Made by a program: the position numbers and the translations under genes
Assembly (NCBI GenBank): GCA_014238225.1
Contig: JABABL010000003.1
Span: 1,692 to 65,691, forward strand
DNA length: 64,000 nt
Origin: Mycoplasmatales bacterium
Lineage (GTDB): Bacteria > Bacillota_I > Bacilli_A > Mycoplasmatales > JABAAY01
Direction: 5' to 3'
Notes under the pieces: generated by a model
The model's database searches: none
Told to the model about the DNA's origin: nothing
The model's input: only the letters and a program-made list of their open reading frames with translations
Part shown: positions 10,716-23,011 of the stretch, piece after piece
Layout: every line of letters starts with the position of its first letter
Numbering within the stretch: position 1 is the first letter of the stretch

Positions 10716-11833
10716 TGAGAAAAGGCATATCACTATACCCCAATAAAAACAATCAAAAAAAAATACTAGAATATTTGGAGACAGTGAAAAAACATGGTGT
10801 TGATATTGTCTTTACTAGTATGTTGGAATCTGTTAGTAATAGAAAAGAAGCAGAGGAACTGTTTTTGCCTATTTTTAAAAAATGTGACGACCTTAACATA
10901 GAGGTCATGATTGATATGGCTCCTGATGTTTATGAAAAATTGAAAATTAAACCAACCGATAGTGTGTTCTGAAAAGAAATGTTTGTTTCCATGTTGAGAA
11001 TGGACTCAAACAATGATCCACATAGTCTCTACACCTTTCTTCTACAAAATAAAGACATGAAAATCGTTTTGAACGCATCTAACCCGAGCAACGAATTAAA
11101 GGGTTTAGACGACTTTAACACGAGCACTGATCAATTAATAGGATGCCATAACTTTTATCCTCTACTACATACAGCGCTAGGAGAAGACTTTTTTCTAAAA
11201 CAGTCAATTTTCTTCAACAAACATCGTGTGCCACTTTATGCGTTCTTGTCATCACAAGATAAAAGTCAAGAGGGAGTTTTCCCGGAAAACGATAAATTAC
11301 CGACATTAGAGATACTAAGAAACAAAAGTGTTGGGTTTCAGTACAGATACTTTATGGCTACAAATGTAGTGGATGGTTTATTATTTTCCACACAGTTTGT
11401 TCCTGAATCAGAGTTTGCAGAAGTTAATTCCTTTGATTTTCATGCCTGCAGAAACTGATTACAGATAGAATTAGACAAGGAAATTACAAGAGAAGAGAAG
11501 AAAATTGTTCTTGCAATAAATCACACGGTCAGGTGCGATTTATCTGAAAATATTTTGCGCATTTCCGAGAGAAGAATTTCTGCCTCATTAGATAAAGACA
11601 CAGTCATTAAGCCTAGACAATACAAAAAAAACTCTTTTTTACCCGCTGGTTCCATACTTATAATGAACTCTAACTGTGGAAGATACATGGGAGAAATACA
11701 AATAGTGCTTCAGGATGGGGAAATAAAATGAAATAGCACAATGAATTACTGTGGATCTATTTTAGATGATGACTTTCAATACATATTCAAATACATTTAT
11801 ATGCCTTGAAAGTTATTTACCTTTTTTGTTTAA
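10715..11833 (+). CDS. DUF871 / MupG-family 6-phospho-glycosidase-like protein (372 aa)
   Basis: ATG overlaps the EIIC stop (TAATG). N-terminus MRKGISLYPNKNNQKKILEYLETVKKHGVDIVFTSML matches the recalled DUF871 start pattern (lGiSvYp...fTsl). In frame through TGA at 10970, 11456, 11729 and 11807. Length typical (~360 aa). Confidence 0.7.
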
Positions 11834-12157
11834 TTTTTTATCAATCAAAGCAATCATCTCTTGGGATATATCTAATCAATTCATTGCATTCATAAATTGA
11901 TCTTCGGCGTGTATGGAAATAAGTTCCATGCGAGTTACTTCTCCCCGTGCTTCTTTTTTTTGTAGATCTAAATGATGAGTACTAGCTTCTTGCAAGTAAA
12001 ACCTTGCTTTTTCTAGTGATTTATTAACGGACTCTTCATCCTCATCTTTAGCAAATTTTCTCAAGGCAATTACAGAATAGGACTTTGATTGACCGCTGCT
12101 TGCGATGATTTGCATTGCTATTTTGTACTGATCTTCTTTACTAATTTTTGTCATCAA
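11813..12157 (-). CDS. PTS EIIA component, lactose/cellobiose family (114 aa)
   Basis: ORF 11876..12157 extends through TGA 11876-11878 to TAA at 11813-11815. It has the helical EIIA-3 pattern with conserved His in ISIHAEDQFMNA. The 3' end overlaps the convergent DUF871 gene by 21 nt. Confidence 0.85.
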
Positions 12158-12452
12158 AACAAGCCATTATTTTCTGTATAACAGAAGAACCATCCATTAG
12201 TCCATAGTCGGCATGTTCTATGACCAATAAAGGTTTACCGCCCACTTCTTTGGATATTCTTTCTTCCTCATATCTCATTTGTGGACTTAATAAAAAAGCA
12301 TCATATTCATCATAGTATTGAGGAGCGTTGATTAAGGGCATAAAGTTAACTTCAATATCCAAATTGTTGGTTTGACAATGTTCTTTCATATTTTTCACGA
12401 GCATTGAGCTGCTCATTCCTGCATTGCAGATTACTAGTATTTTCTTTTTCAT
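12141..12452 (-). CDS. PTS EIIB component, cellobiose type (103 aa)
   Basis: MKKKILVICNAGMSSSMLVKNM contains the phospho-Cys loop (C-x-AGMSSS) typical of EIIB-3. It overlaps the EIIA start by 17 nt. Confidence 0.85.
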   Translation of the reverse strand: MKKKILVICNAGMSSSMLVKNMKEHCQTNNLDIEVNFMPLINAPQYYDEYDAFLLSPQMRYEEERISKEVGGKPLLVIEHADYGLMDGSSVIQKIMACFDDKN

Positions 12453-12479
12453 GTTTATATAATATATTATACTTATTAA

Positions 12480-12944
12480 ATGAAACCAAATTTTTTTAAA
12501 AGTTTGTTATTTTACGAAGACTATGAAGTTTGCTATTCCCAACGGTCTATTTTTGGCACAACAAAAGAAAAAATTTATTTACCTATTGAAAAAATCTGAG
12601 ACAACTTTCTAACACAAAATGAATTAAATTTTAAGAACTTTGATAGATTACAGTTGAAAACAGGAATCAGAATTAGAGATGCTAAAAATGGACGAATGTT
12701 CACAGTCACAGATTATACGAAATACGAGTGATTCGCCATTAGAACCACGATCCAAAACAAAGTTTATCGAATAAAGTATTATTTTCAAATGAAAAAAAGA
12801 TTTGTAATTGCTCACTTCCATGAATGAGTTTTATATGATACAGATGTTGAAAGCAAGAATATTATCTCCGATAGATTTAATTGACATTTATCTTTTGAAA
12901 GAGATGCAAAAACATACTTTTCCACCATCAACAAACAGTTTTAG
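12480..12944 (+). CDS. Hypothetical protein visible only with code 4 (154 aa)
   Basis: ATG 12480; 465 nt with four in-frame TGA (12597, 12729, 12825, 12882) and no TAA/TAG until TAG 12942-12944. It is absent from the supplied track because every fragment is under 60 aa. Confidence 0.5.
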
Positions 12945-13691
12945 TTACTTATTATAAAAAATATTTTGATCGTGTTTTCTTTTAACAGCATCGTTATGAT
13001 TATCCCCACCATCAACGTTTGAACTATAGTAAATAGGAACATCATAATCAAGATTAGATAATGTTTTTGTAACACCAATCACAATCATGTTCATTATCGA
13101 AGCACCAGTAACCGTTGATGTTGCCCCAACTTTTTCTTTTATATTTTTTATCTCTACTACGGCATCACCTTTTAGTCCACCATCATCAATAACAACATCT
13201 GCAAAATCCTTTAATTTTTTGCCCGAAGAGTGTCTGGACTTTGTTTGTTCCGAATGATTCATATTGGTTATGGCAACAACACTCATTCCTTTTTCTCTTC
13301 CTAATCGCGCCATTTCAACGGGAAGTCCATTAATTCCAGATACCGAATGTATTATTAGCACGTCCCCCTCTTTGTAATTTGAGCTTTTTAATATTTCAGT
13401 TGCTAGAGGTTCAAACCTTTCAAGAACAGTGCTTATAGTAACAGGAGTAGCACTTAATGAAACACCCTCACAAAAAATACAATTTATCAATGCTAAACCA
13501 CCAGCTCTATACATTGCTTCCTGGGCAATTAAATGAGAGTGACCAGTGCCAAACGTTCATATGTTTCTTTCATTCATTATTGCTTTCGCTATTAAAGCAA
13601 CGGCTTCTTCTATACTTTTCATACTTTTGTTTTCAATTGTTTCAAGAGATTTTCTTATTTCTTCTAAGTAGGTTTTATACACATTTTTCAT
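12945..13691 (-). CDS. SIS-domain phosphosugar-binding protein, UPF0309 type (248 aa)
   Basis: ORF 12945..13514 extends upstream through one TGA to ATG 13691. Sequence reads MKNVYKTYLEEIRK...NIWTFGTGHSHLIAQEAMYRAGGL...IIHSVSGINGLPVEMA...SRHSSGKKL...VIDDGG...VGATSTVTG, matching the recalled UPF0309 pattern. Confidence 0.8.
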
Positions 13692-13827
13692 CACGATATT
13701 ATTGTAATAAATATTATTGTCCATATAACTTTATTCACTTGAAATGTTCTTTTACGATTAGTAAGGGCTGTATTTATGCTGTAAATACAAGGTCCGTCAT
13801 GCAAAGTTTGATATTATATAGTTATCT

Positions 13828-16818
13828 ATGATAAGTGAAAAGCGAATTTTTTTGGATGTTGATGTTGAAAGACAGTACGACGCGTTTGTTTTTGCTGCGG
13901 ATCAAGCCAAAACACTCGGCATTGCTAACAATACTCAAGCTGTTTTTAAGGCATTAAAGGCACGAGAAGAGGAAGGTTCCACTGGATTGGAAAATGGTTT
14001 TGCCATACCTCACGCGAAAAGTAAAGCGATAAAAGAGGCCGCAATACTTATACTTAGATTCAAAAAACCTGTGGTTGACAAGCATTGAAAAACCCTAGAC
14101 GACTTACCTATTCAGGTGGGTGTGTTTCTGTTAGTTCCGGAAGAAAAGGTTTCAAAAACACATATTAATTTGTTAAGCAAAGTTTCACAACTTCTTTTAG
14201 AAGACGAAGTCTGTACTATTTTGAAAAATGGGAATAAAAAGGAGATCATTAAAGCCTTAACGGTAGAAAAAAAGACTTATGTTCCCTCCTCAAAACCTTC
14301 TAAAGAAACCCAACAGAATGGCACAAAATTGAAAAACAAAACCATTGTTGGTGTTTCTTCCTGTCCAGCAGGATTAGCACACACATATTTAGCAGCCAAA
14401 GCTTTAGTTAAAGCAGGTGAAAAAATAGGTGCCAAGGTAAAAATAGAAACCCGAGGAACAACAGGAATTGATGATGAAATTTCCATCAGCGATTTAGAGG
14501 GAGCAGATGCTGTTATATTCGCTAGCGATGTAAGGGTTGATCAAAATAAATTTGTTGGTAAAAGATTTTATTCCTGCTCTACAAAAGATGCTATTAAAGA
14601 CCCGCTTGGCTCTTTAGCCTTAGCACTGAAATCAAAGTCATTTGTTGTAGGAGAAGGTAGAAAATTTAACGGCAACCGTCCATTAGATAAAGTAATGCGT
14701 TGATCGCACGATACATTTTCTGAGCCTTTTTGACTTGCACTTTTGTTAATTGCCTTTACTGGAATTGCATACGGCATATTATATGCATTTCAAACATATC
14801 AAGGAACGTCGAACGATTTTTTGCGCGTTTTATTGGGTGGAGAGTTTTCTATAGGTGACAGAACTGTTTCTGGCAGTAATATATCGGGCTTTTTTGCAGC
14901 GAGCGGAGGATTTGGAATAATACAAATAGCAACAGCTATTTTTGCTGGGTTCATCGGTTATCGAATAGGTGGTAGACCAGGGTTTGGTGTTGCACTTGTT
15001 GCTGGGTTTTTTACTTCTGCCGGAGGTGCTGCAGCAGCAAACGGGGAAGCAGTTATTAATTTTTACAACCCTTATGCAGCAGTTTTTGGCAATGGCATAC
15101 AACTAGTACTTATTTGACCACTTTATGGAGCACTAATAGGTGTACTTGGTGGATTATTTGCAAAGTACATATACCTAGGAATTAAGAAAACTAAATTAAA
15201 CGGGTTTTTAAAAACACTAGTATTGTTTTTAGCATTGCCTTTTGTAACAGCACTTAATATTTTTATTTCCAACTACATGATTGTTTACCCCTTATTTATA
15301 ATTATTAATCCTATTTTGCAAGGCGTTATTATCAGCGGTACTACGCTCGCACAGTGATTTACTATGGAATTATGGTGATTGGTTTTAAGTTTAGGCATAA
15401 TCGCGGCAATTCCTTGTGTTTACTTTGCATTTAAAAATCCTGTTGTCGAAAGTTTTATAAAAGAAACATCGGAAAAAATAAAAAATAAACGTGAAAAAAA
15501 AGGAGCTAAACACTACTTAAATGCTACATATAAATACTTCATGTCCGGAATATCTTTTTTCCTAGTTGTTTTAACTGCTACATCTCTTCTCTGGGGAGCT
15601 GTAGGTTTGCTCGCAATCCCAACAATAAGAGGGGCCTTTCCGCCGTTTCTTACAGAGCTCCTGGAAACATTATTTTCTAGAGCTGGTGGTTTTACAACTG
15701 ACGGCACATGAACAAGTTATACAACCGCAGGACTAATAACACAGTTAATAAATAATGTTGGATTTTCAACGTTTACTCTTGTCACCATTATATTGGGCTC
15801 TTTTATTGCATACTCAATAGGAGGAATTGTTGCATTTATGCCTGCATTAATAATGGCAACACTTGGTAATGACACTTCTGGATTTTTGGGAGCCGTTGTA
15901 TCGGGATTTTTAATTGGCTTTTTAATCAGATATTTGTACATAGTTGTTTTGAAAATAAGAAACAGAATTAGAAAGAACCCTAAGTGATGGAAATGAAGTG
16001 TTTTTGTTTTTGCATCCTACTGAATAATTCCTGTAATTGGTTTTCTTTCCCTTTTGGTCGGTACATTTCTTATAAACGGAATCATCGGAATCGTAAATGA
16101 AATAGTTGTTGGGGGCATTCAAAATTTTCAAGGCCTCTCTATTGGTGGAACAGAGGGCATCTTTAATATAAACGGTAACTTTATTGTTGGGTTGATTATT
16201 GGAGCAATGATTTGTTTTGACTTAGGCGGACCAATTAATAAAATTGCTGTTGCCGCTGCACTAGCAATAAGAGGCAATAATATTTATACACCAGGAACAG
16301 AAGAACTATTCGTGCCTTTGGCAGCACAAGCCGCTGCTATCTCAGTTGTTCCATTGGGATTATGATTTTCTACATTGATTTTTAGAAAAAAATATTCTAA
16401 GCAAGAGCACTTAATAGTTGAGAGCGGAGCAACTCTAGGATGAGTTGGTATATCAGAGGGAGCTATTCCCATGTTAGCGAAGGACCCTTTTCGCATGATA
16501 CCTGTTAATGTTATAGGTGGTGCAATTGCTGGTGGTTTAGCCGGAGGATTTGGATTAGGAGCAGTAGCAACTATTAATTCACCAATCGGTATTTTTGTTG
16601 GTGTAATACAACCACTCGAGTTCCCTGTTTATCCATTTGCATGACTATTAACAACATTTGCTGGAATTTTCTGGGTCGCAATTGTTTATGCTCTCGTAAA
16701 GAAAAGAGTTCCTAAAGAAGAAAAGGACGTTGTCATAAAGGAATTTAGAGAACGAAAAATGGAGCGAAAAGAAAAATGAGATAAGGTTTTTAAAAAGAAA
16801 AAACCCGCTCTTGTTTAG
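13828..16818 (+). CDS. PTS fructose/mannitol-family EIIA-EIIB-EIIC fusion, MngA/FruA-like (996 aa)
   Basis: Seven track ORFs (13828, 14116, 14743, 15379, 15793, 16054 ...) are all in one frame. The gaps I read have only TGA. EIIA-2 His loop GFAIPHAKS; EIIB loop VGVSSCPAGLAHTYLAAKAL; then a multi-TM EIIC. TAG stop at 16816-16818. Confidence 0.85.
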
Positions 16819-16841
16819 TTCCAAAAACATCCGAACATCAA

Positions 16842-19541
16842 TTAGTAAACATGCTTTAGTTTAATGATCAAAGTTATAAAAGACTTTGCAGGAACAACAT
16901 TATCAAATATTTCATCTTTTTCAAGTTTAGCATCACTTAATCTAACACTCAACAACGATTTTCCACTTAAAGTCACTTCTTCATCTTTCTCAGAAGGATT
17001 GTACAACCTAAGAAGAACACCATCTTCATTCATGTGCCTAAGGGTACTCATGCCAATATGTCTATTTGAAATTTTTAAATCAATAGTTTTATTGATTTTT
17101 TTCTCCAAAAAAGTATCAACCTTTTGGTTTTCAGGTCTTAAAATTTTAAAGTTAGCGATACTGTTTTCAAAAAAGTACTTTTTTTGACGTTGGTAATAGA
17201 CGTATTGACTATTAAAAATTTGATATCTAGAAACAATGTGTTTTTTGTCTTTTACAATTGATATTCCAAATTCAAATTTCATTTCTTTTTGCAACGTTCC
17301 ATCAGGAGTTTCATGTTTGAATGTTGATGTTCCAGATGGTCTTCCAGGCCTTCATAACAATTCGGTTTTGCCTAAAAATGATGGTGTTCTAAATAAAACA
17401 TAACTAATTTTGTCTTTTGTCGGAGTAAATTCACCTATACCTTTATTAAGGGTGACAAAATTACTTTTGCTATTTTCAAAAAACACAACACCGTTATTTT
17501 GGTACACAGGCGCAGGATATTCTTGGTATTTTAGATCTTTTCATTTCTGTTCATCAACAGTTGGACTACAATCATTGTAGATTCAGTGTAGCAAGGATTT
17601 TGCACATTTAGAATCCTTGTTATTTTTGAAGCCTAGTTTTCATCGTGTTTCTGTAGATTTATTTTTAGTTTTTAGTTTGATATTAAGAATTTTACTGTGT
17701 TTGGCGAGAGATACACTTCATTTAAAAATTTGAACACTTGTTTCTGTCAAGGCTTCATTCATGAAGTATGTTATTTCTGTTTCATATTTTAATGTTTTTA
17801 AATAGTTAGAATCATGGACAACAATATTTCTGTTTTTTTGAGAAACAATTATAGAACCACTGAATACTTTTGAAGGAGAATAATCATAACTATCGCCTTT
17901 ATCAAAATCTGCATCAATCATCATGACATTTTTGTATGTTTTATCGGTTCTTTTGTCCACATACTCGGCTCCGTTTTCAGTTACACGAAAGGATATGGAT
18001 TTATTTTGTATGAAACCTGTTTCCTTTTTTGAGCTAATTTGAGAAAAACAAGGCAAAACTTTATTTTGATATTCAAAAGAGATTTTTCTTCAAGACATTC
18101 ACTCCATCTCGGTTTCCAATGCTATTGTTACATAGTAAAATTCATAGTCCAGATCTGGGTGATTGTCAACATTGTGAAATTTAAAATCGTGGTAACCGAG
18201 TTTTTTTGTGATGGAAAAATTTGTCACAATTAAGTCGTCAACTTTTAATGCAAAGTTTAAGTGATCAACCACTAATTTAAAAACATATGTTTGTACTCTT
18301 TCTGTTGGATAAAGGTTAATTAAAAATCCCGAGTCATCTTCCGGCGCCAAAAAATAACTTAAATCCCGCATCAGTATATTTAGTTCAGTTTGAAATATTG
18401 ACTTCGCTCTTTCAAGTCTTCCAACAATTCCTCTATTAGTTCTGTCAGAATTACATCCACCTAGACTATCATGAGCAGAGCACTTTATCATTTCTCCAAT
18501 TGCGTGGTGAACTGTGCCATTCTTTTGAACATTATCGAGAATTGTTTTACAAACAGTATAAAAAGGGAAAAGCACATTATATAAAAGTCGTTCAGTTTCT
18601 CTAAACAGTAGTTTTATATCCATCCGGTTGGAGGAAATAGTTCTATGTGTTCTTGCTTTAAAAGGTTCTCTAATGTTTCCACTGATAGTGGGAATTGACT
18701 TGCTAGTTTCAAGGGACTGAAAAAAATCCTCAATAGAACTAATTTTTCAAGTATTTTCTGTATCAAGTTCATCAGCTTTTTTTATAAAAAACGGTAGGGA
18801 GGGTATTATGGGAAATTGATCCGCGCCAAAAGGAGCTAAAATATGCTTAATGCTTCCATCAGAGGATTCAGATATTTTATTTACTTTTTCAACAATGTCT
18901 TTTCCTACTTTTTCAAAACGGAACTGTTCGCTTTTTTTTCAAGCCCCAACGGTTAGGTTTTCCACTTCATCAAAAAACGAAGAAACAAAACCTGTATATC
19001 CAAAATAAAAATTATAGGATAAAACACTGTCTTTGTTTGGAGAAACAAAGTAATTTATTACGCTTTTTGCAATTTGTTCTGGAGATATTCCTCTTCAAAA
19101 CACTCAATTTTTAAAGCCAAAAGTTTTTAAGAAGGACGGTAAATTTGAGGGAAATCCAAAGGAATCGGGTGTATACATTGTTACGGGAATAGGTAGATTA
19201 TGTTTTTTACTGAAATTACGAGCCAGCTCCATGTTCATCAGTATCGACTCAGGAGAGGAATTAAAATAATCTTGTTGTACAAAGGAAGGGGGAACAGCCA
19301 GTTTTTTTGTTGACATTAGTTTAATAATCAAATCTTCGTAATCTGGATTATTTGTAATAAAATCTGTTAACAAAGAAAGCTGACCATCCAAATTAAAATG
19401 AGGGAAATGACGATCATTATTTAAAACGTAGAGAACTTGTTTTAGATCCCTTTCCAACAACACATCAGACTCTTCTTGTGTAAAATACCATTCTCTATCC
19501 CAATGAGTATGGGGTAGGAAATGTATGGTTCAATTTTTCAC
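16842..19541 (-). CDS. Glycoside hydrolase family 38 alpha-mannosidase, MngB-like (899 aa)
   Basis: ORFs 19104..19463, 18099..18623, 17718..18056 and 16842..17294 are in one frame. All three gaps were read codon by codon and hold TGA only. The N-terminal metal-site motif HFLPHTHWDREWYF lies at ~19488-19520. Probable GTG start at 19541, preceded by an in-frame TAG. Confidence 0.85.
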
Positions 19542-19652
19542 TAAGGTATTATACTATCGTTGCTCTAATTCAGAATAAAGAAATAACACTAAGTTAAGAA
19601 AACAAGGAGCAACAAATCAGTTTCAAAAATTACAAATAGTATAATCAAAGTA

Positions 19653-20711
19653 GTGATTCAAAAATATATTCAGAACGAAAAACATGTCGATGCATGATGA
19701 AAATATGTATTTAGATACTCTAAGTATATATTTTTTGCATTCTTAATTGCTATGGCTGCATATGGTTGTTTTGAGCAATTTGTAAATACAAATGTCGCGA
19801 CAGGTGGAATCGGTGCTGGCTTAGAAATTATTGGCGGAGGGCAACAATTTCTTTTCTACCACGTTGTTAACGGTTTACAACAAGTAAGTTATAATCCACT
19901 TCAAACCTTTATGCAAGCTTTAAGTCAAGGTAGTTTCTTCTACGCTTTGTTTGTTTGACCGTTGGGACAATTGGCTTATTCAATTTATGTTGGGTTCGGT
20001 GCGTCGGAAGTCGGTGCTTTTTTTACAATATTTTTTATCGTTATAATAATCAGAAGTTTTACTTTGATATTTACATTTAAAAATTACACACAACAAATTA
20101 AAATGCAAGCTGTACAAGTTAAGGCCGCGCAAATAAAAAGTCAGTACGATCAAAACGATAAGGAAGAAAAACGAAAAGGACAAATGGAAACCATGGCCCT
20201 TTATAAGAAGTATGGGGTAAAACCTCTTTCTTTAATAGGTTCTTCTTTTGTGACATTACCCTTCTTTTATGCGATGTATCGAGTATTTTCCTCTCTAAAT
20301 GTTTTGAAAACAGAGAACCTTGGACTTGTTCAATTAATTACTTCTCCAATATCTGGTTTATTATCCGGGCAGTTCCAATATTTGGCAATTATCTTAGTTG
20401 TTATTCCCATCCAGTTCGTTTCTTTTAAATTACCCACATGACTAGCAGCCTCTAGGAGGACAAAAGCACTAGATGCAAAGGCAAAAAAACAATATAAAAG
20501 TACACAACTTGTTAGCAACGTTATTGTTGTTGTTTTTGCTATTATTGCTATAACTGTACCCACATCACTGGCTTTATACTGAATGTTGTCTGGAGTTTAT
20601 ACAATTGTACAAAGCTTCGCAATCAATGCGTTTCTTAAAGGAAAATCCGGAAAACTCGCCCCTGGTAAAAAATCTAGGCGAAAAAATTATACCTATAATT
20701 TAGTATCTTAA
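19653..20711 (+). CDS. yidC: Membrane protein insertase YidC/OxaA (about 352 aa; start uncertain)
   Basis: Core sequence MQAVQVKAAQIKSQYDQNDKEEKRKGQMETMALYKKYGVKPLSLIGSSFVTLPFFYAMYRVF. ORFs 19752.. and 19962.. are in one frame through TGA. A lipobox-like IAMAAYGC at 19743-19766 implies a start upstream of ATG 19752. The only in-frame candidate is GTG 19653. Confidence 0.75.
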
Positions 20712-20712
20712 A

Positions 20713-22020
20713 ATGGAAAACACTTTCATCGCTTTAAGCAGTCCTTTTAATAAATCAGCAATTGCAATTATTAGAATTAACGGGGATAAAAGTTTAGAAA
20801 TAACTAATTCCTTTTTAATCAAAAAAGTAGAAAACTCTCGAGGCAAAAGATTTTTGCGTAAGTTTTATAACAATGGTCAATTTATAGATGAAGTAGTACT
20901 TAACTTTTATCCTGCACCTCATTCCTACACAGGAGATGATCTTATCGAGATTATGTGTCATGGGTCGGTATACATTATTGAACAAATAATTGCTTCTTAT
21001 AACTCTAAAGGAGTTAGATATGCGGGGCCAGGAGAGTTCACAAGAAGGGCCTTAATAAATTCAAAGTTAGACTTTGTGAAGGCAGAGTCAATAAATGAAC
21101 TAGTAAACTCTGAAAATAAACTTAGTCATGATTCAGCAATAAATTCATACGACGGAACCGTGAATAAGTTGTTTCGTGAGATAAGAAAGGAACTTAACTT
21201 TTTGTGAGCAAATTTAGAAGTTGATCTTGATTACCCTGAATTTGATAATCAGAATCTTGATAAGTCCATAATCAAATGCAGAATAGAGAAAATGCTAAAG
21301 TCATTAAAAGAAATAAACAATAATTCTGAAAGTGTCCTCCCCTTTTTAAAGAACATCACCATTTCCATTATTGGAAAACCGAATGTTGGCAAGTCTACTC
21401 TTCTAAATGCCTTGTTAAAAAACAACAAAGCCATTGTATCTGATATTCCTGGAACAACAAGAGATGTAGTAGAGGGTGAAATAAATATTCATAATCAAAA
21501 AATGAAAATATCGGACACTGCAGGAGTACATTCAACTGAAAAAATAGTTGAAAAAGAAGGGATTAAAAAGACTTTCGAAACAATCAAAAAAAGCAACCTG
21601 ATTATACATGTTTCAGATGATGGAGAATGAGAAGACATGGACATTCCAAAATCAAAAAAAATCATCTATGTTTATAACAAAATCGATTTAATTAAGAACC
21701 CATTAAAATCAGATGAATATGTGTGTATATCTGCAAAAAACAACAAAATAGACACTTTAAGTGGCGAATTGTTTGCATGGGTTAATGAAATGAGCGAAAT
21801 AATTGCAGACAATTGTCTAATTAATTATCGGCAGTGAAATATTTGTCAATTGATTCAAAAGAAAATGGAAGAATGACTTGAAAAATTCAATGCGATTCAA
21901 GAAGATCTACATGCATTCTTCTTAAATGAAATTAAACATTTATTCGATGAATTATTAGGAAAAAAAATAGAAGATAACCTAGAAAATACATTATTTAATC
22001 ATTTTTGTGTAGGTAAATAA
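20713..22020 (+). CDS. mnmE: tRNA modification GTPase MnmE/TrmE (435 aa)
   Basis: Three track ORFs are in one frame. G1 motif GKPNVGKSTLLNAL, G3 DTAG, and the C-terminal FCVGK tail typical of MnmE. Adjacent to yidC, as in many bacteria. Confidence 0.95.
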
Positions 22021-22056
22021 AAAAAATAGAAAAGAGTATTTATAATAAACACATAC

Positions 22057-23010
22057 ATGAACGAACAATATAAAATAGTTGCACTATCAAATTGTCATGA
22101 CTACGCCAAAAAAGTAAGTGCTTTAACATCTATCCCTATTGTCGATACGGTACAAAAAACTTTCTCTGATGGAGAGTTTTGAATTAGATTTGAAGAAACA
22201 ATTAGAAACAGTATCGTTATTTTATTTCAAACTATGTATCCAAACCCTTCCCAATCGGTATTGGAATTATTAATTACAATGGACGCATTAAGAAGAGCTA
22301 GCGCGAAAGAAGTTATTGTCATTGCACCATATCTGGCATATTCAAGGCAAGATAGAAAAATAAAAGGAAGAGATCCAATTACTGCTAAAGTAGTGGCAAA
22401 TATTTTGGAAAAAGTTGGACTAGATAGATTAGTCACATTTGACTTGCATTCCGGACAAATACAAGGGTTTTACGACATTCCTTTCGATGATTTATTGTGT
22501 TGACCGGTTTTGTTAATGAATTTTGAAAAATATAATGTTGATAATTTAGTTATCGTTGCTCCCGATTATGGAAGTGTAGTAAGAACTAAAGCTGTAGCTA
22601 AAAAGGCTAATTGCCATTTTGCCATTGTCTTAAAAGAACGACAAAAACATAATTCTGCAAGCGCCATTAGTGTAATTGGTGATGTTAGGGACAAAAATTG
22701 TCTTATTGTTGACGATATGATCGATACTGGCGGAACATTGAAAGCATCGGTCGACATGCTTAGAAAAAAAGGAGCGCGAGATATTTATGTCATGGCAACG
22801 CATGGAATTTTTAGTGGGAGCGCTTACGAAAACATAAAAAAAATGGATGTTAAAAAAATATTTGTTACTGATTCAATTGATCAAGGTAAAACCATTCAAG
22901 ACTCGAAAATTGAAGTTGTCGACACTTCACAGTACATAACACGTGTAATCGACTGCATTATAAGCAATCATTCCATCTCGGATGTTTTAGCTTATTTAGA
23001 AGGTAAATAA
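22057..23010 (+). CDS. prs: Ribose-phosphate pyrophosphokinase (317 aa)
   Basis: MNEQYKIVALSN...FSDGEFWIRFEETIRN...DLHSGQIQGFYDIPFDDL...IVDDMIDTGGTL. In frame through TGA codons. Confidence 0.95.
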
Positions 23011-23011
23011 A

